Below the pieces are notes generated by a model. The model had not been told where the DNA came from and made no database searches. It saw only the letters and a program-made list of their open reading frames with translations. The position numbers were made by a program, and so were the translations under genes. From positions 288,001 to 352,000 of the forward strand of contig CAXXFV010000027.1 in the NCBI GenBank assembly GCA_963674595.2: 64,000 nt of DNA, written 5' to 3'. Positions 49,661 to 60,300 of this stretch are shown piece after piece. Source of the stretch: a bacterium. Its GTDB lineage: Bacteria > Zhuqueibacterota > Zhuqueibacteria > Residuimicrobiales > Krinioviventaceae. The first letter of the stretch is position 1. Each line of letters starts with the position of its first letter.

Positions 49661-51016
49661 TCAAATTCTTTTATCCATTATTTTTAACATAATCAATGTC
49701 GGTTCAACAATGTGTAAATTATTCAAGAATGGTTCGGTGTATTCAATATCACCAAATTCAGCATCATTAAAATGATGTTGTGCGCCGACATGATTGTTCC
49801 AGTCCACACCTTCGGTCAAAAATCCGTACTCGCCATAATGATGTTTGGAAATAGCCTTTAAAATGGAATGAGCTTCATTAAAATACGACTCATCTTTTGT
49901 GTCCCAATAGGCCTCTAAAAATGCCAAAGCAGCTTCTGCATTTTCCCACAAATAAGCCGTATCCCAATTTTTTTCCATAATATAAAGACCCGCACATTGT
50001 ACACCATTTCTATCTGCTTTTATTTTAAACTGTTCCAATCCTTTTAAACATTTATCAAAAGCAAAAGAACGAATTTTATCATCTTTTAACAAAACGGATA
50101 CTTTTCTTAATACCCGGAATGCAACAGAATAGGCGACATTTTCATGTTCATCATATGTATCATGATTGATACTTCCAAAGATGCCCCCATATTTTATAAA
50201 CAGATTCGCTTTTTCACGTATGTGATCACGATAATCGCCAAGTCCTCTTTGTGTCAACTCTGTTAATAATTGCAGGATAAACAGTCCATCGGCACTTTTA
50301 TCAAACAACGGGTCATCTCCTCCTTCAGGGCGTTGGGTAAAATTCGCACCTGAAGGGGTGCTGCGTCGAGGATACCATCCATTGTCAGCCATTTGGACAT
50401 TTTCTATAATCCATGCCGCATTTTTTTGTGCGATTTCCTGCATTTTCGTTTTTCGTTCATGATCCACAAGATCACTAAAAACAAGTAACTGATAGGCAAT
50501 CTTAGCCATGGAACCGACACAAAACCAATTCTTATCATGTGTATAGTTTAAGAAAAAGCTATCAGAATCTACATTTCGATATCCAATAATAAATCCGGTA
50601 CTGTCATTAATAAAACCATCTTGAAGAATATGATCGAGTACAAAAAGTGCTTTATTGACAAGGTTAGAGTCTCCGAAATAATCACCAAAAGAATAAATCT
50701 CAAAAGCTCCGCCAACAGCATTGGCCGCCCAGCCTGGGCCTTCCAGTTTGACAAAAGGATGCCAATCCAAACCAGCAGGAAAATTGCCGTTTGTATCAAC
50801 AAAACTCGATTTACAGCTCAAGTGATCATTGTAAGGCACCAACGTCCGGTCCACTGTAAAACGAATAGATTTGTATGCTGATTGCAAAATACCTGAACTG
50901 TCTTTTTCAGCCAGGTAATAATTTAAATCATTTTTAGTGATATTGTTTGTTCGTTTCTTTGAACAAGCAAAGGAAAATAAAACAAAGAATATTAGAATTA
51001 TACTTTTTTTCCACAT
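49661..51016 (-). CDS. Hypothetical lipoprotein, possibly six-hairpin glycosidase-like
   Basis: Lipobox FAC; helical repeats (AAWI....NGW, LEAYWDTKDESY); no family confidently recognised. Confidence 0.55.
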   Translation of the reverse strand: MWKKSIILIFFVLFSFACSKKRTNNITKNDLNYYLAEKDSSGILQSAYKSIRFTVDRTLVPYNDHLSCKSSFVDTNGNFPAGLDWHPFVKLEGPGWAANAVGGAFEIYSFGDYFGDSNLVNKALFVLDHILQDGFINDSTGFIIGYRNVDSDSFFLNYTHDKNWFCVGSMAKIAYQLLVFSDLVDHERKTKMQEIAQKNAAWIIENVQMADNGWYPRRSTPSGANFTQRPEGGDDPLFDKSADGLFILQLLTELTQRGLGDYRDHIREKANLFIKYGGIFGSINHDTYDEHENVAYSVAFRVLRKVSVLLKDDKIRSFAFDKCLKGLEQFKIKADRNGVQCAGLYIMEKNWDTAYLWENAEAALAFLEAYWDTKDESYFNEAHSILKAISKHHYGEYGFLTEGVDWNNHVGAQHHFNDAEFGDIEYTEPFLNNLHIVEPTLIMLKIMDKRI

Positions 51017-51101
51017 ATCCGGCTCCTAAAATTTAATGCCGATGATTAATATTCAGACATTTCTTTTGCCAAATTTTTACTATCTAATGTATTTATTGGA
51101 T

Positions 51102-52232
51102 TTAAAATTCAACTAATTCCGCTTTTTGTAATAGATTGAAAAAATCAGAAAATTCAATTTTTTCAGAAGCAAAAATAAATGCAGGTGCTTTGACCAAACG
51201 ATAAACAAAACCACTGGTTGCAGGCACAAGCAATGAGTCGTTTTTTATTGAAACAGGATTTTGCGGCGGTTCATAGTGTCCGATAGGAGCATTGGGGAGA
51301 TAATAGTCCTGGGTTTGCGGCCATAATTGAATTCCCTGTTTACTTTTTACAGCTTTAATTTTTCCTTTATTCAAAGCAATATAACGTTGCGCGGAATCCA
51401 ATGCAAAAGTTGTTAAAGTACATAAAGCAAAAAGTTTATTATTATTTTCAAAAACAAATATTCTCAATCCATCATTTCTAATAAAGGAAGAGAGCATTTT
51501 TGCATTTAATAAAAAAGAGGCATCCGGGACTGTCAGATCAAAGTTTATTTCTATGGCATGTTCAAGATTCAATATTCTGCGAAAGTTCAAAGAATACTTT
51601 AATACGCATCCATCAAAACTGGCGCCCCATCCTTCGGATTGAACGGTTTTAGCATTAAAAACAAATCCTCTGTCTTTTAGCATCTTGCAAAACTGTCCGG
51701 CACAGGCTTTGGCATGAAGGGCTGTTATCAGTTCTTCTTTATTCCAGGCTTCTTTTTGATAGACAAAAGCGGCTTGTATTTCATCTATAATATTTAATTG
51801 GAAAGCACAACTGCTGTCTGCCCAAAACTCATTTTCAAAAGGTCCCGGTGTGTCGAGAATAAAACAATGGTCCTTGAGAATTGATTTTGCGAATCGGTTA
51901 AATTCAGCGACAGGACCTTTTTTGTCTGTGGTCCATGGAACGATGACCAATGCTTCATTTTCAGAAAATCCCTTCAACCGCTCGCGCCACTGTTGCGTAC
52001 ATTTTTTTTCACGTTCCAGATAAGGAATCAGCTTTTCATCTGAAAATGTTCCGGTGGTTTTACACATGTCCTGGTAACATAGGCCGTGAATAAGAAAATA
52101 TAATTTTTCAATTTTCTCATTCTGAGCACGGGTATTTTCGTTTTGTTTAGTTTCCTGGGCGAAAACAGAAAATAGATTTCCGATTATAAAAAATAAGAGT
52201 AAATATTTTAAATGAATCGTTTTCTTGAACAT
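51102..52232 (-). CDS. Secreted hypothetical protein
   Basis: Signal peptide (...FSVFA), 376 aa, starts 8 nt after the permease stop. Confidence 0.65.
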   Translation of the reverse strand: MFKKTIHLKYLLLFFIIGNLFSVFAQETKQNENTRAQNEKIEKLYFLIHGLCYQDMCKTTGTFSDEKLIPYLEREKKCTQQWRERLKGFSENEALVIVPWTTDKKGPVAEFNRFAKSILKDHCFILDTPGPFENEFWADSSCAFQLNIIDEIQAAFVYQKEAWNKEELITALHAKACAGQFCKMLKDRGFVFNAKTVQSEGWGASFDGCVLKYSLNFRRILNLEHAIEINFDLTVPDASFLLNAKMLSSFIRNDGLRIFVFENNNKLFALCTLTTFALDSAQRYIALNKGKIKAVKSKQGIQLWPQTQDYYLPNAPIGHYEPPQNPVSIKNDSLLVPATSGFVYRLVKAPAFIFASEKIEFSDFFNLLQKAELVEF

Positions 52233-52240
52233 TTGTTATT

Positions 52241-53176
52241 TTATCGTTTCCTCAATTTATCAATTGCCACGGCAACAATAATAATGGCGCCCAGGGCAAA
52301 TTGCTGCCAAAAGGCGGACACACCCAGCAATACCAGACCGTTTCGCAAAACGCCCATAATCGCTGCGCCGATAATAATGCCGAGAATAGACCCTTCTCCG
52401 CCCATTAAACTCGTACCGCCGATAACCGATGCGGCTATGGCATCCAACTCATAACCCTGCCCGGAAACGGATTGTGCAACACCCAATCGGGCAACGAGCA
52501 AAATACCGGCAAGGGCGGCTGTAAATCCGGAGATTGTATAAGCGACCAGTTTAACTTTATTAACATTAACACCGGACAATAGCGCCGCATCTTCATTGCT
52601 GCCGACGGCAAACATGTGCCGGCCGATAACAATTTTTTTAAGGAAAAAAGCCATTAAAACCGCAACAATCAGCATAAAATAGATAGGAACCGGTATTTTT
52701 AAAAAATATCCCTGTCCCAGCCACATAAAACTTTCAGGCAAGCCGGAAACCGGCCATCCTTTTGTAATAACATAAGCGAGTCCTCTGGCCATGCTCAACA
52801 TGCCGAGCGTTACAATAAAAGGCGGTAATTTTAAACGGGTGATAAGCTGTCCGTTAAAGAAACCGAGAAACGCTCCGGCCAAAAGTCCGATAAACACCGC
52901 TAAAATGATCGGAACACCGGATGTCAGCATCAGAGCCGTAACACAGCCGCACAGACCCAAAATTGAGCCAACGGACAAATCTATACCGGCCGTTATGATC
53001 GTCAGGGTTTCGCCAAAGGACAAAATCGCAACAAATGAAAAACTGCGAATAATACTCAAAATATTATCGACGCCTAAAAATGTCGATGTTGTTACAGATA
53101 AAACAAGTACAAGAACGATTAATGCTAAAAAAATTCCAAAAGATTTGTGCTGAACATATTTTCCAAAACGTAGCAT
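52241..53176 (-). CDS. Sugar ABC transporter permease (RbsC-like)
   Basis: GIDLSVGS, LPPFIVTLG, GSNEDAALLSGVN, YELDAIAASVIGGTSLMGGEG. Confidence 0.93.
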   Translation of the reverse strand: MLRFGKYVQHKSFGIFLALIVLVLVLSVTTSTFLGVDNILSIIRSFSFVAILSFGETLTIITAGIDLSVGSILGLCGCVTALMLTSGVPIILAVFIGLLAGAFLGFFNGQLITRLKLPPFIVTLGMLSMARGLAYVITKGWPVSGLPESFMWLGQGYFLKIPVPIYFMLIVAVLMAFFLKKIVIGRHMFAVGSNEDAALLSGVNVNKVKLVAYTISGFTAALAGILLVARLGVAQSVSGQGYELDAIAASVIGGTSLMGGEGSILGIIIGAAIMGVLRNGLVLLGVSAFWQQFALGAIIIVAVAIDKLRKR

Positions 53177-53280
53177 GAGAAAACCTTTACGCTAAAACAT
53201 CATTCTTAACTCCGGATTATCTGGTAAAATAAAGGTATTTTTCTTTATAAGCAACATGTCCGGTGATTTTTTTCAAAAAT

Positions 53281-54918
53281 TTAATCAATAACCTTGACAT
53301 GTTTTTGCAAGTCCTTAGCCTCGAATTTGAAACCTTGCTTTGCCTGGTTCAACTGATTATAGCGAAATTGAATATTGGCTGTTTTTTCATTTCTAATATC
53401 AAAAAATGTTTCCGTACCCTGCAAGGCCGTACAATTATAAAATTCACCGGATTGAACATTATCTAATACAATAGCGCTATGGTCGCTTTTTAAATGCGGT
53501 TGTCGGGTTATAATCGCTTTGGCATTTAAATTTGTAATTTTTTCAAGTTGCACAGCATTTTCCCATTTTTCAGAGATTTTGTCCATCCAGGAGATGCGAA
53601 TATTATCCAGGATTAAAGAATTTATATTAGTAAATTTAAAAACCGAACGACCCAGGTAATAGTTTGATACACCGGTTGGAAAAATTTTTGTGTGATAATA
53701 ATGTTCAAAGGAATAAGGTTTGTTTTCAACAGGAAAATCGAGCAAAGAGTCGGATTTTACATAAAGTGTAATATCTTTAAATTCAAAATTTTCCAATGTA
53801 CGACCGGTTATGCCTTCAACAAAACTTGTTCCACAGGCATAGGCTTTAATATTGGAAACAGATACGTTTTTAATTGTACCGTGGTTTTCCACACCTTTTC
53901 TTTTCCAGGCAACAAAATAAAAAGGTTCGCCATTGCCCCACCAGAAATAATCGTGCCGGGCACAATCAATAAGAATATTTGAAAACTGCACATTGCTGAC
54001 AGTGCCGGTATCACGCACAATGATTCCCACTCCCCGATTGGACTTGCGTATGACACAGTTTTCAGCCGTAACAAACTTTATATCCGCTTTGGTTTCCGTA
54101 CCTATTTTTATACCACATGAAGCGGAAACAATATGACAGTTGTCGATAATGATATTTTCGCAACTGCGGGCCGGTCCAAAGTGGTCGGTTGTTTTAATAG
54201 CAATACCATCATCACCGGCGGCGATACGACAATTGGTGATATGCACATTACGACTGCAATCAGGATCAATTCCGTCTGTCCAGGCACCGGCGACGACGTC
54301 GTTATCAATGGTAATACCGTCAATTAAAACGCCGTCACATCCCCAGGGATGCACCGTCCAGCTAGGTGCTTTTTTAAGGGTAATATCTTTAATTTTGACG
54401 TTTTTGCAGTTTACCAGTTCAACAAGTTTCGGATTCGGAGCAATGGGATAGGAGCGGGTAATCGTCGGCTTGAAATCTGCCGGAACATTGTCCGCCAGTT
54501 TATCAGAAATATCATTTTCTTTCCATTCATACTCGGCTTGCCCGTCAATAATCCCGGGTCCCAAAATAAAAATATTTTCAAGGTTTTCACCAAAAAGCAA
54601 AGCCCGTTTTGGATAGTCTTCAGTATTCCGGCTTGCTTTTAAAACAGCACCTGCCTCAAGGTATAAACTCATATTACTTTTTAATTCCAGGGTACCGGTA
54701 ACATATTCGCCGGCCGGGAAAAGAACAGTCCCGCCTCCATCGTTTGAACAGGCATCAATAGCCGATTGAATGGCTTGATGATCATTTTGATTATTACCTG
54801 TCGCTCCATAGTCTTTTACAGAAAAGGTGGCGGCATTTAGAAATCCATAAAAAAATAGAATGAATACAATTATTGAAAATACAGTTGATTTTTGTTTGTT
54901 GGTGATTGTTGCAAACAT
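53281..54918 (-). CDS. GH28-family (polygalacturonase-like) beta-helix glycoside hydrolase
   Basis: AIQSAIDAC...GGGTVLFPAGEY, WTDGIDPDCSRNV, AGDDGIAIK, GIKIGTE. Confidence 0.85.
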   Translation of the reverse strand: MFATITNKQKSTVFSIIVFILFFYGFLNAATFSVKDYGATGNNQNDHQAIQSAIDACSNDGGGTVLFPAGEYVTGTLELKSNMSLYLEAGAVLKASRNTEDYPKRALLFGENLENIFILGPGIIDGQAEYEWKENDISDKLADNVPADFKPTITRSYPIAPNPKLVELVNCKNVKIKDITLKKAPSWTVHPWGCDGVLIDGITIDNDVVAGAWTDGIDPDCSRNVHITNCRIAAGDDGIAIKTTDHFGPARSCENIIIDNCHIVSASCGIKIGTETKADIKFVTAENCVIRKSNRGVGIIVRDTGTVSNVQFSNILIDCARHDYFWWGNGEPFYFVAWKRKGVENHGTIKNVSVSNIKAYACGTSFVEGITGRTLENFEFKDITLYVKSDSLLDFPVENKPYSFEHYYHTKIFPTGVSNYYLGRSVFKFTNINSLILDNIRISWMDKISEKWENAVQLEKITNLNAKAIITRQPHLKSDHSAIVLDNVQSGEFYNCTALQGTETFFDIRNEKTANIQFRYNQLNQAKQGFKFEAKDLQKHVKVID

Positions 54919-54960
54919 TTAAACCTCTTTGTTTAAGAATAGTTTTTAAATAATTTATAT

Positions 54961-56085
54961 TTATGAATTAAATGACAATTTTTCAGCCATATCCACAACA
55001 GCTTTTACATTTTCCAAAGGAATATCATAAAACAGGTAATCCGAGGCGGCAATCATGTGTTTGCTGCCTTTGGTTGCCTGCCAAATTTCTTCCACAGCCC
55101 TTTGCACATCCTCAACAGTGCCGTTGAGCAGCACATCCAGACCGATATTTCCGCGGGTGCATATATTCGCAACCAAATCGGTTTTTCTGGCTTTGGCCAA
55201 ATCCGTAACATTGCCGACCGGCGGCGGCGACAGCGTTTCAAACAAATCAATTCCCATCTGATTATAAAATCCCATGGATAAAAACGGTTCAACAGGAGAA
55301 CAAATATGGCTGTAGATCAATCCTCCGAGACGGTGAACAGAGTCGGTTATTATTTTAGAATCCGGAATCAGGAAATCCTGATAAAGTTTGGGAGACAACA
55401 TTTCAGAACCAGGTCCGCCCAGAAACACAAAATCAGCACCGGTTTTTATCACCTGCTCCAGGATATCCAAATTAACATCACGAACAATATCACAAGTTTT
55501 TCTAAACTTTTCCGGCTCCAGCATGGCCAGCATTACCAGTTGATCGACTGTTGTCAGGCCCAACATTTCAAAGGGCTGTAAATTCCATTGAATGCATACA
55601 GGAGCATCTTGCTCATGTATCATGAAAATTTCGGGTCCCATTAATTCCTGAATATATTTACCGGCTTTATGAAACTGTTCGGCATACCAGCAAATCTTGT
55701 CGAACGCTGCCGGGTCATTACTGTTTACAGGATAAACCAGCGGCACAATTCCCTCTTTGGGAATTTCATTCATCTTCCAATAGAGTTGTCCGAAAGGAGA
55801 TTCCAAAGAACTTTCGGAACTCTTTTTATCAATATTTTCCTGTGTAATTGTTTGGCGTTTTAATTCCGGGATAAACTTGTCAAATTCACACAACGGGATA
55901 TTGATTAACGGTTCACAACCGACTGTTTCATAGGCACGAATCGTGTCCATAATAGTGGTTTCGGTAATCCATTTTTTACCGGCCAACTTTGTATCAAAAC
56001 CGGCGCCGCCGCCAATTTGTAATGACACAAACGGTTTGTTACCGCCGTTTTTAATATAATCTAAAAAATTAAACCTTTTACTCAT
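54961..56085 (-). CDS. Uroporphyrinogen decarboxylase / MtaA-CmuA methyltransferase-like protein
   Basis: MLSPKLYQDF..P, YSHICS, ETLSPPPVGN, RGNI, PLENVKA. Confidence 0.78.
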   Translation of the reverse strand: MSKRFNFLDYIKNGGNKPFVSLQIGGGAGFDTKLAGKKWITETTIMDTIRAYETVGCEPLINIPLCEFDKFIPELKRQTITQENIDKKSSESSLESPFGQLYWKMNEIPKEGIVPLVYPVNSNDPAAFDKICWYAEQFHKAGKYIQELMGPEIFMIHEQDAPVCIQWNLQPFEMLGLTTVDQLVMLAMLEPEKFRKTCDIVRDVNLDILEQVIKTGADFVFLGGPGSEMLSPKLYQDFLIPDSKIITDSVHRLGGLIYSHICSPVEPFLSMGFYNQMGIDLFETLSPPPVGNVTDLAKARKTDLVANICTRGNIGLDVLLNGTVEDVQRAVEEIWQATKGSKHMIAASDYLFYDIPLENVKAVVDMAEKLSFNS

Positions 56086-57334
56086 TGCTTACCAATTCGT
56101 TTGGTTTGCTCCAGACAATACGACCTAATAAATTATTACAGGGAATGTCACGCCCGGTACGGTCCCATTCCGGGACGGTTACCCAGCTTTCCAAAGGTGA
56201 AACAGTGTGCACGTTAAAATTACCTAAAGGAAATCCGTTATTCGGGAAAATAATTTGCTCTGTTTCTTTAATCAGGCACACCTTACCATCATCAATCCGG
56301 GCGATAAACAACGGAGCCCGGTTTCTAAAAACATTATCATTGTCCGGTAAAATGCGGGTATAAACCAGATAAAGTCCCTGAGAATGGGTGATAAATTTTG
56401 TCATAGTCTGGTTCATATCAATGGCCGTGCCGTCATCCCAACTCCAGGGGACCGGTTCGTTCCAGGTCATGGCATCATCGCTTACCGTAACATAACCATA
56501 TCCGTCTTCCGCACGTAACGACATTAAGTATTTATTGTTATACAGCGTCAAACTCGGTTCATACAAACCACGCGGGACAGGATTTGTAACCAGGTTGCTT
56601 TGTTTATAGGGAGACAACACCTTTCCGTCAAAGTGACAAAAAACAGTGCCGCACCAGCGAATTGAATTTCTGCCGTTAAACTCTTTAATTACGGAAAACG
56701 GAACGACAACATCACCGTTTTCCAGATCGACACGCTGACCATAGGCAACACATGGTTTTTCTTCATTTTTCAAGCTTATACGAAAAGATTTCCAATCCTC
56801 AAATTGCTGCGAATCAGCCGTATACGTAGCATAGGCAATGGCAAGATGCTGAACATGGTCTGATAACTTGCTGTCCTTTTGTCGTAATAAAGTACCAATC
56901 CCCAGCCAGGAATGTGAAGGTCTGTTGTATTGCCAGTTAAACGTAGGGACCCATTCAAAACCTTCCTTATCAAATCTTGAATGAAGAGGTTGTGGAAAAT
57001 TTTGTTCTTTCCAGGTTTTCCACCAGCCGTTAAATCCCTCATTTCCTGAAGGAGCAGATTCCGTTACAAAATAACGGTATTTTCGTACAGAGTCCCCTCC
57101 TTTACGATCACTTTCCGAAAAAAAGAAATGAAAATTTTGCGGCGGATTACCGGGTTTGCAAAATACCCCTGGTCCCAGCCACAATCCGGAGTGTGATTCA
57201 CCATCCATCAGAATATGGATTTTTATGTCCGAGATCAGGTTTTCTGTTGCTTTGGTCCGGGAATCAGAGTTACAACTGCTATAAATGATCATCAAAAAGG
57301 ATATTAGGATCAAATATTTGAATAATTTTGTCAT
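56078..57334 (-). CDS. Sialidase-like beta-propeller lipoprotein
   Basis: Lipobox SSC; RGLYEPS, Asp-box-like SDDAMTW, LVYTR...RNRAPL, LGNF. Confidence 0.65.
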   Translation of the reverse strand: MTKLFKYLILISFLMIIYSSCNSDSRTKATENLISDIKIHILMDGESHSGLWLGPGVFCKPGNPPQNFHFFFSESDRKGGDSVRKYRYFVTESAPSGNEGFNGWWKTWKEQNFPQPLHSRFDKEGFEWVPTFNWQYNRPSHSWLGIGTLLRQKDSKLSDHVQHLAIAYATYTADSQQFEDWKSFRISLKNEEKPCVAYGQRVDLENGDVVVPFSVIKEFNGRNSIRWCGTVFCHFDGKVLSPYKQSNLVTNPVPRGLYEPSLTLYNNKYLMSLRAEDGYGYVTVSDDAMTWNEPVPWSWDDGTAIDMNQTMTKFITHSQGLYLVYTRILPDNDNVFRNRAPLFIARIDDGKVCLIKETEQIIFPNNGFPLGNFNVHTVSPLESWVTVPEWDRTGRDIPCNNLLGRIVWSKPNELVSNE

Positions 57335-57354
57335 GGTTTCACGATTCCTTGATT

Positions 57355-60300
57355 TTAAAAGTACAATAACTTTTCCTCTAGATTTTCAATTTGTTTTTGT
57401 TCAGAAAAAGAACTTTCAAGTTTTATATTGTATTCAGGCCGCAATTCGGGATTTTCAGTGAGAAAAAGCATTTCAACATCGGTCGATTTTTTTAATAAAA
57501 GCGAAAGACGATTTCCGCCTTTTTCCATATTTACATTTCCGATATGATACCACCTGAGATATCGATGATGAGGTTCGTTTTTACGGGCCTTAATCCAGAC
57601 AGAATAGCAGGTTTCCTTTGGGCATTCAATCCCATATTGATATTTCACAGTGCTGTCATTGGGTTCAGATTTGATTAAAAAATGGTCCGCATGAATCATC
57701 ACAGTCTCTTGTTCCGGTTTAAAACAGGCGAGACGTTTTTGTGGAGTCACTGCAAAAGTATTAGCCGGACTGGTCGTACCATCATTCACAGCTTTAACCG
57801 AAAAGGAATAAGTGGCACCATTTATAAGATTGGGTACTTTTATTAAAGTGTTGGTTTCACTTATTGTTTTCGTTTGTTCTTTTGTGCCTTGCTGCCAATA
57901 TTCTATTTTGTACGAGGTTGCATTTTTTACAGACTTTAACGAAAAAAGCACGGACTGGTCCCATCCTCGTGCCTGTAGAATCTCGGGGGATTCAAGGACT
58001 ATAGGTTGCTTCTTTATGGCCTTTTTTGATGTATTATTTAAAACGATTTTATAATCCGTCACATCCGGATTGGATTGAATTTTAATAAACGTTTGCTGAT
58101 TGTGCGAGTCATACAACCAGCCTTGTTGAGCAGAAACAAAATCATTTTGATTTAAACTTTTAAGCGGCTGACCATTTATTGTGATCGATTCGGGTTTTAT
58201 GTCATCGGCAATAATACCAAAATTTTCTTTAATTTGATTCACATTGCAAAGTAGTTGATTATTTTTGTGCGTTTTTTCAACAGTAACGTTGGTTTTCCCA
58301 TAGAACTCAAATTTACTATCCGGCCCATCAAACAAACGAAATGTCAGCAACAGATTGTCCTTTTTTTCCTGCGGAAAAATGCCGCCCACCTGCATGGTAT
58401 CGTTCAACTGTAAAGGAAGTATGGTGGATGAATTAACAAATACCGGAATTTGATTTAACGGAGCAGTATATTCAATAAATTGCCGGCCTTCATATTGTTT
58501 TCGGGTCCAAAAATCAATCCATTGGCCTTGCGGTAAATAAATTTTTCTCGTGTCCGAAAATGTAACAATGGGCGCTATAAGCAGATTGTCACCAAGATAG
58601 TACTGATCTTCAACTGAAAATGTATTTTCATCATTTGGATGGTGTAAATACAAAGACCGCATCATCGGAATACCGGTTCTGTGCGAGACACAAACATAGT
58701 GATATAAATAAGGAACCAAATTGTACCGAAGTCTGGAATAGAATTTATAATTTTCCTGGCCGATTTCATCCTGTTCCCAAGGACCTGGTGCGCTGCCGTG
58801 ATCATGAAAAGACGGACTGAACGCTGCATATTGCACACCCCGAATATAAACTTTTTTTGCTTCTTCTGAATCATCACCGCGATACCCGCCGAGATCGTGA
58901 CCGATTAAAGAAACCCCACAGATCGACACTCCCAGTGAGGCGCGAACAGTTCCTAACAACTGTTTAAAAGTACGGCCCCGGTCGCCGCCCCATGCAAAAC
59001 CGACTTTTTGAAGGCCCAAACCTCCTCCACGCACCCAGGTAATACCGCCATCCGGTTTTAATTCATTTAAACGATTATAAATCTGTTCTGAAAATAAAAC
59101 AGCATGGAGATTGTGCATGCCGTCAACTTTAGAATATGTTAATAGATTCGAATCGTCTTTGGGAAACAGTTCACAAAAATCGATTTTAACACCATCCAAA
59201 TTCCAATGACCGGGAACAGACTTTTCATTTTGACCTGTTACCACATGATTATAATAGGTATTCCACCAATAGTCCATGGCTTCTGGATTTGTAGGATCAA
59301 AGTAATAATAACAGCCGTTGAAACCGCCTTCACATAAAGTGCTGTCAGCTTTGCGTATAAAATAGCTATCCGGTATTTTTTCTTTCCGTTTTTGTTTTTC
59401 TCGAATATGGCCGACACGACTCCAAAAAACCTGCTTAATTCCCATCTCATGCCATTTATTTGACAATTTGTACATAAGCTCAGATTGTTCTTTTGGAAAA
59501 ATTCTGGAAGCAATTCCCTCCCACAAGATAACACCCAAACGAAAACCGTCAGCAATCATCTTGTCAACTTCACATTCTGCTGTTTCAACCCGGTCCCATC
59601 CGGTAACCGTTCGCCGTGAAAGCCAGGGTTCCAGAGACCATTGCGGAATTAACGGAGATTTCCCGGTTATTTCCGTATATTGAGAAATATTTTTTAAAGG
59701 GTCCTTATCCGTAAAAATATAATACTCGAACACCTCACCAGGATATTCAATAGAGTATTTATCATTATGTTCGTCACCCATATGAAAAACAATTCGTCGG
59801 GCAGAATTGACGAGTAAACCATATCCCTTTGACGAAAGAAAAAATGGAATGGATTTATAGGTATTACCATCGGATACCATGTAGGCATCCGCCAATTCCA
59901 TGACAACCTTATTGCCCCGCTGATCGAGACCGTTAAATTTTTCACCAAATCCATAAAAATGTTCGTCAATATCCATATTAAATTCAGTCTTAAATACCGG
60001 AATTTTATCAACAGATTGAGAACCTAAACAAGATATTAAAGGAGATTTATCGTCCACACGAAAAATCCGCATATCAAATGGAGATTTTTGTATTTGAAGT
60101 GATAATCGCTCTGTGTTCAAATAAAATGAATCATTCTTTTCTATAAAATCAAAGGAAAGACCATTTTGCTCTGACTTTACTTTACCCGATGAAGCAGTAA
60201 TTTTAACAACATGTGGATTAACAAATGAAACGGATAGACCGATGGTGTCCGGTTTTAATCCGGAGATCGTTGTGAACTGAAAACAATTATCATTCACAGT

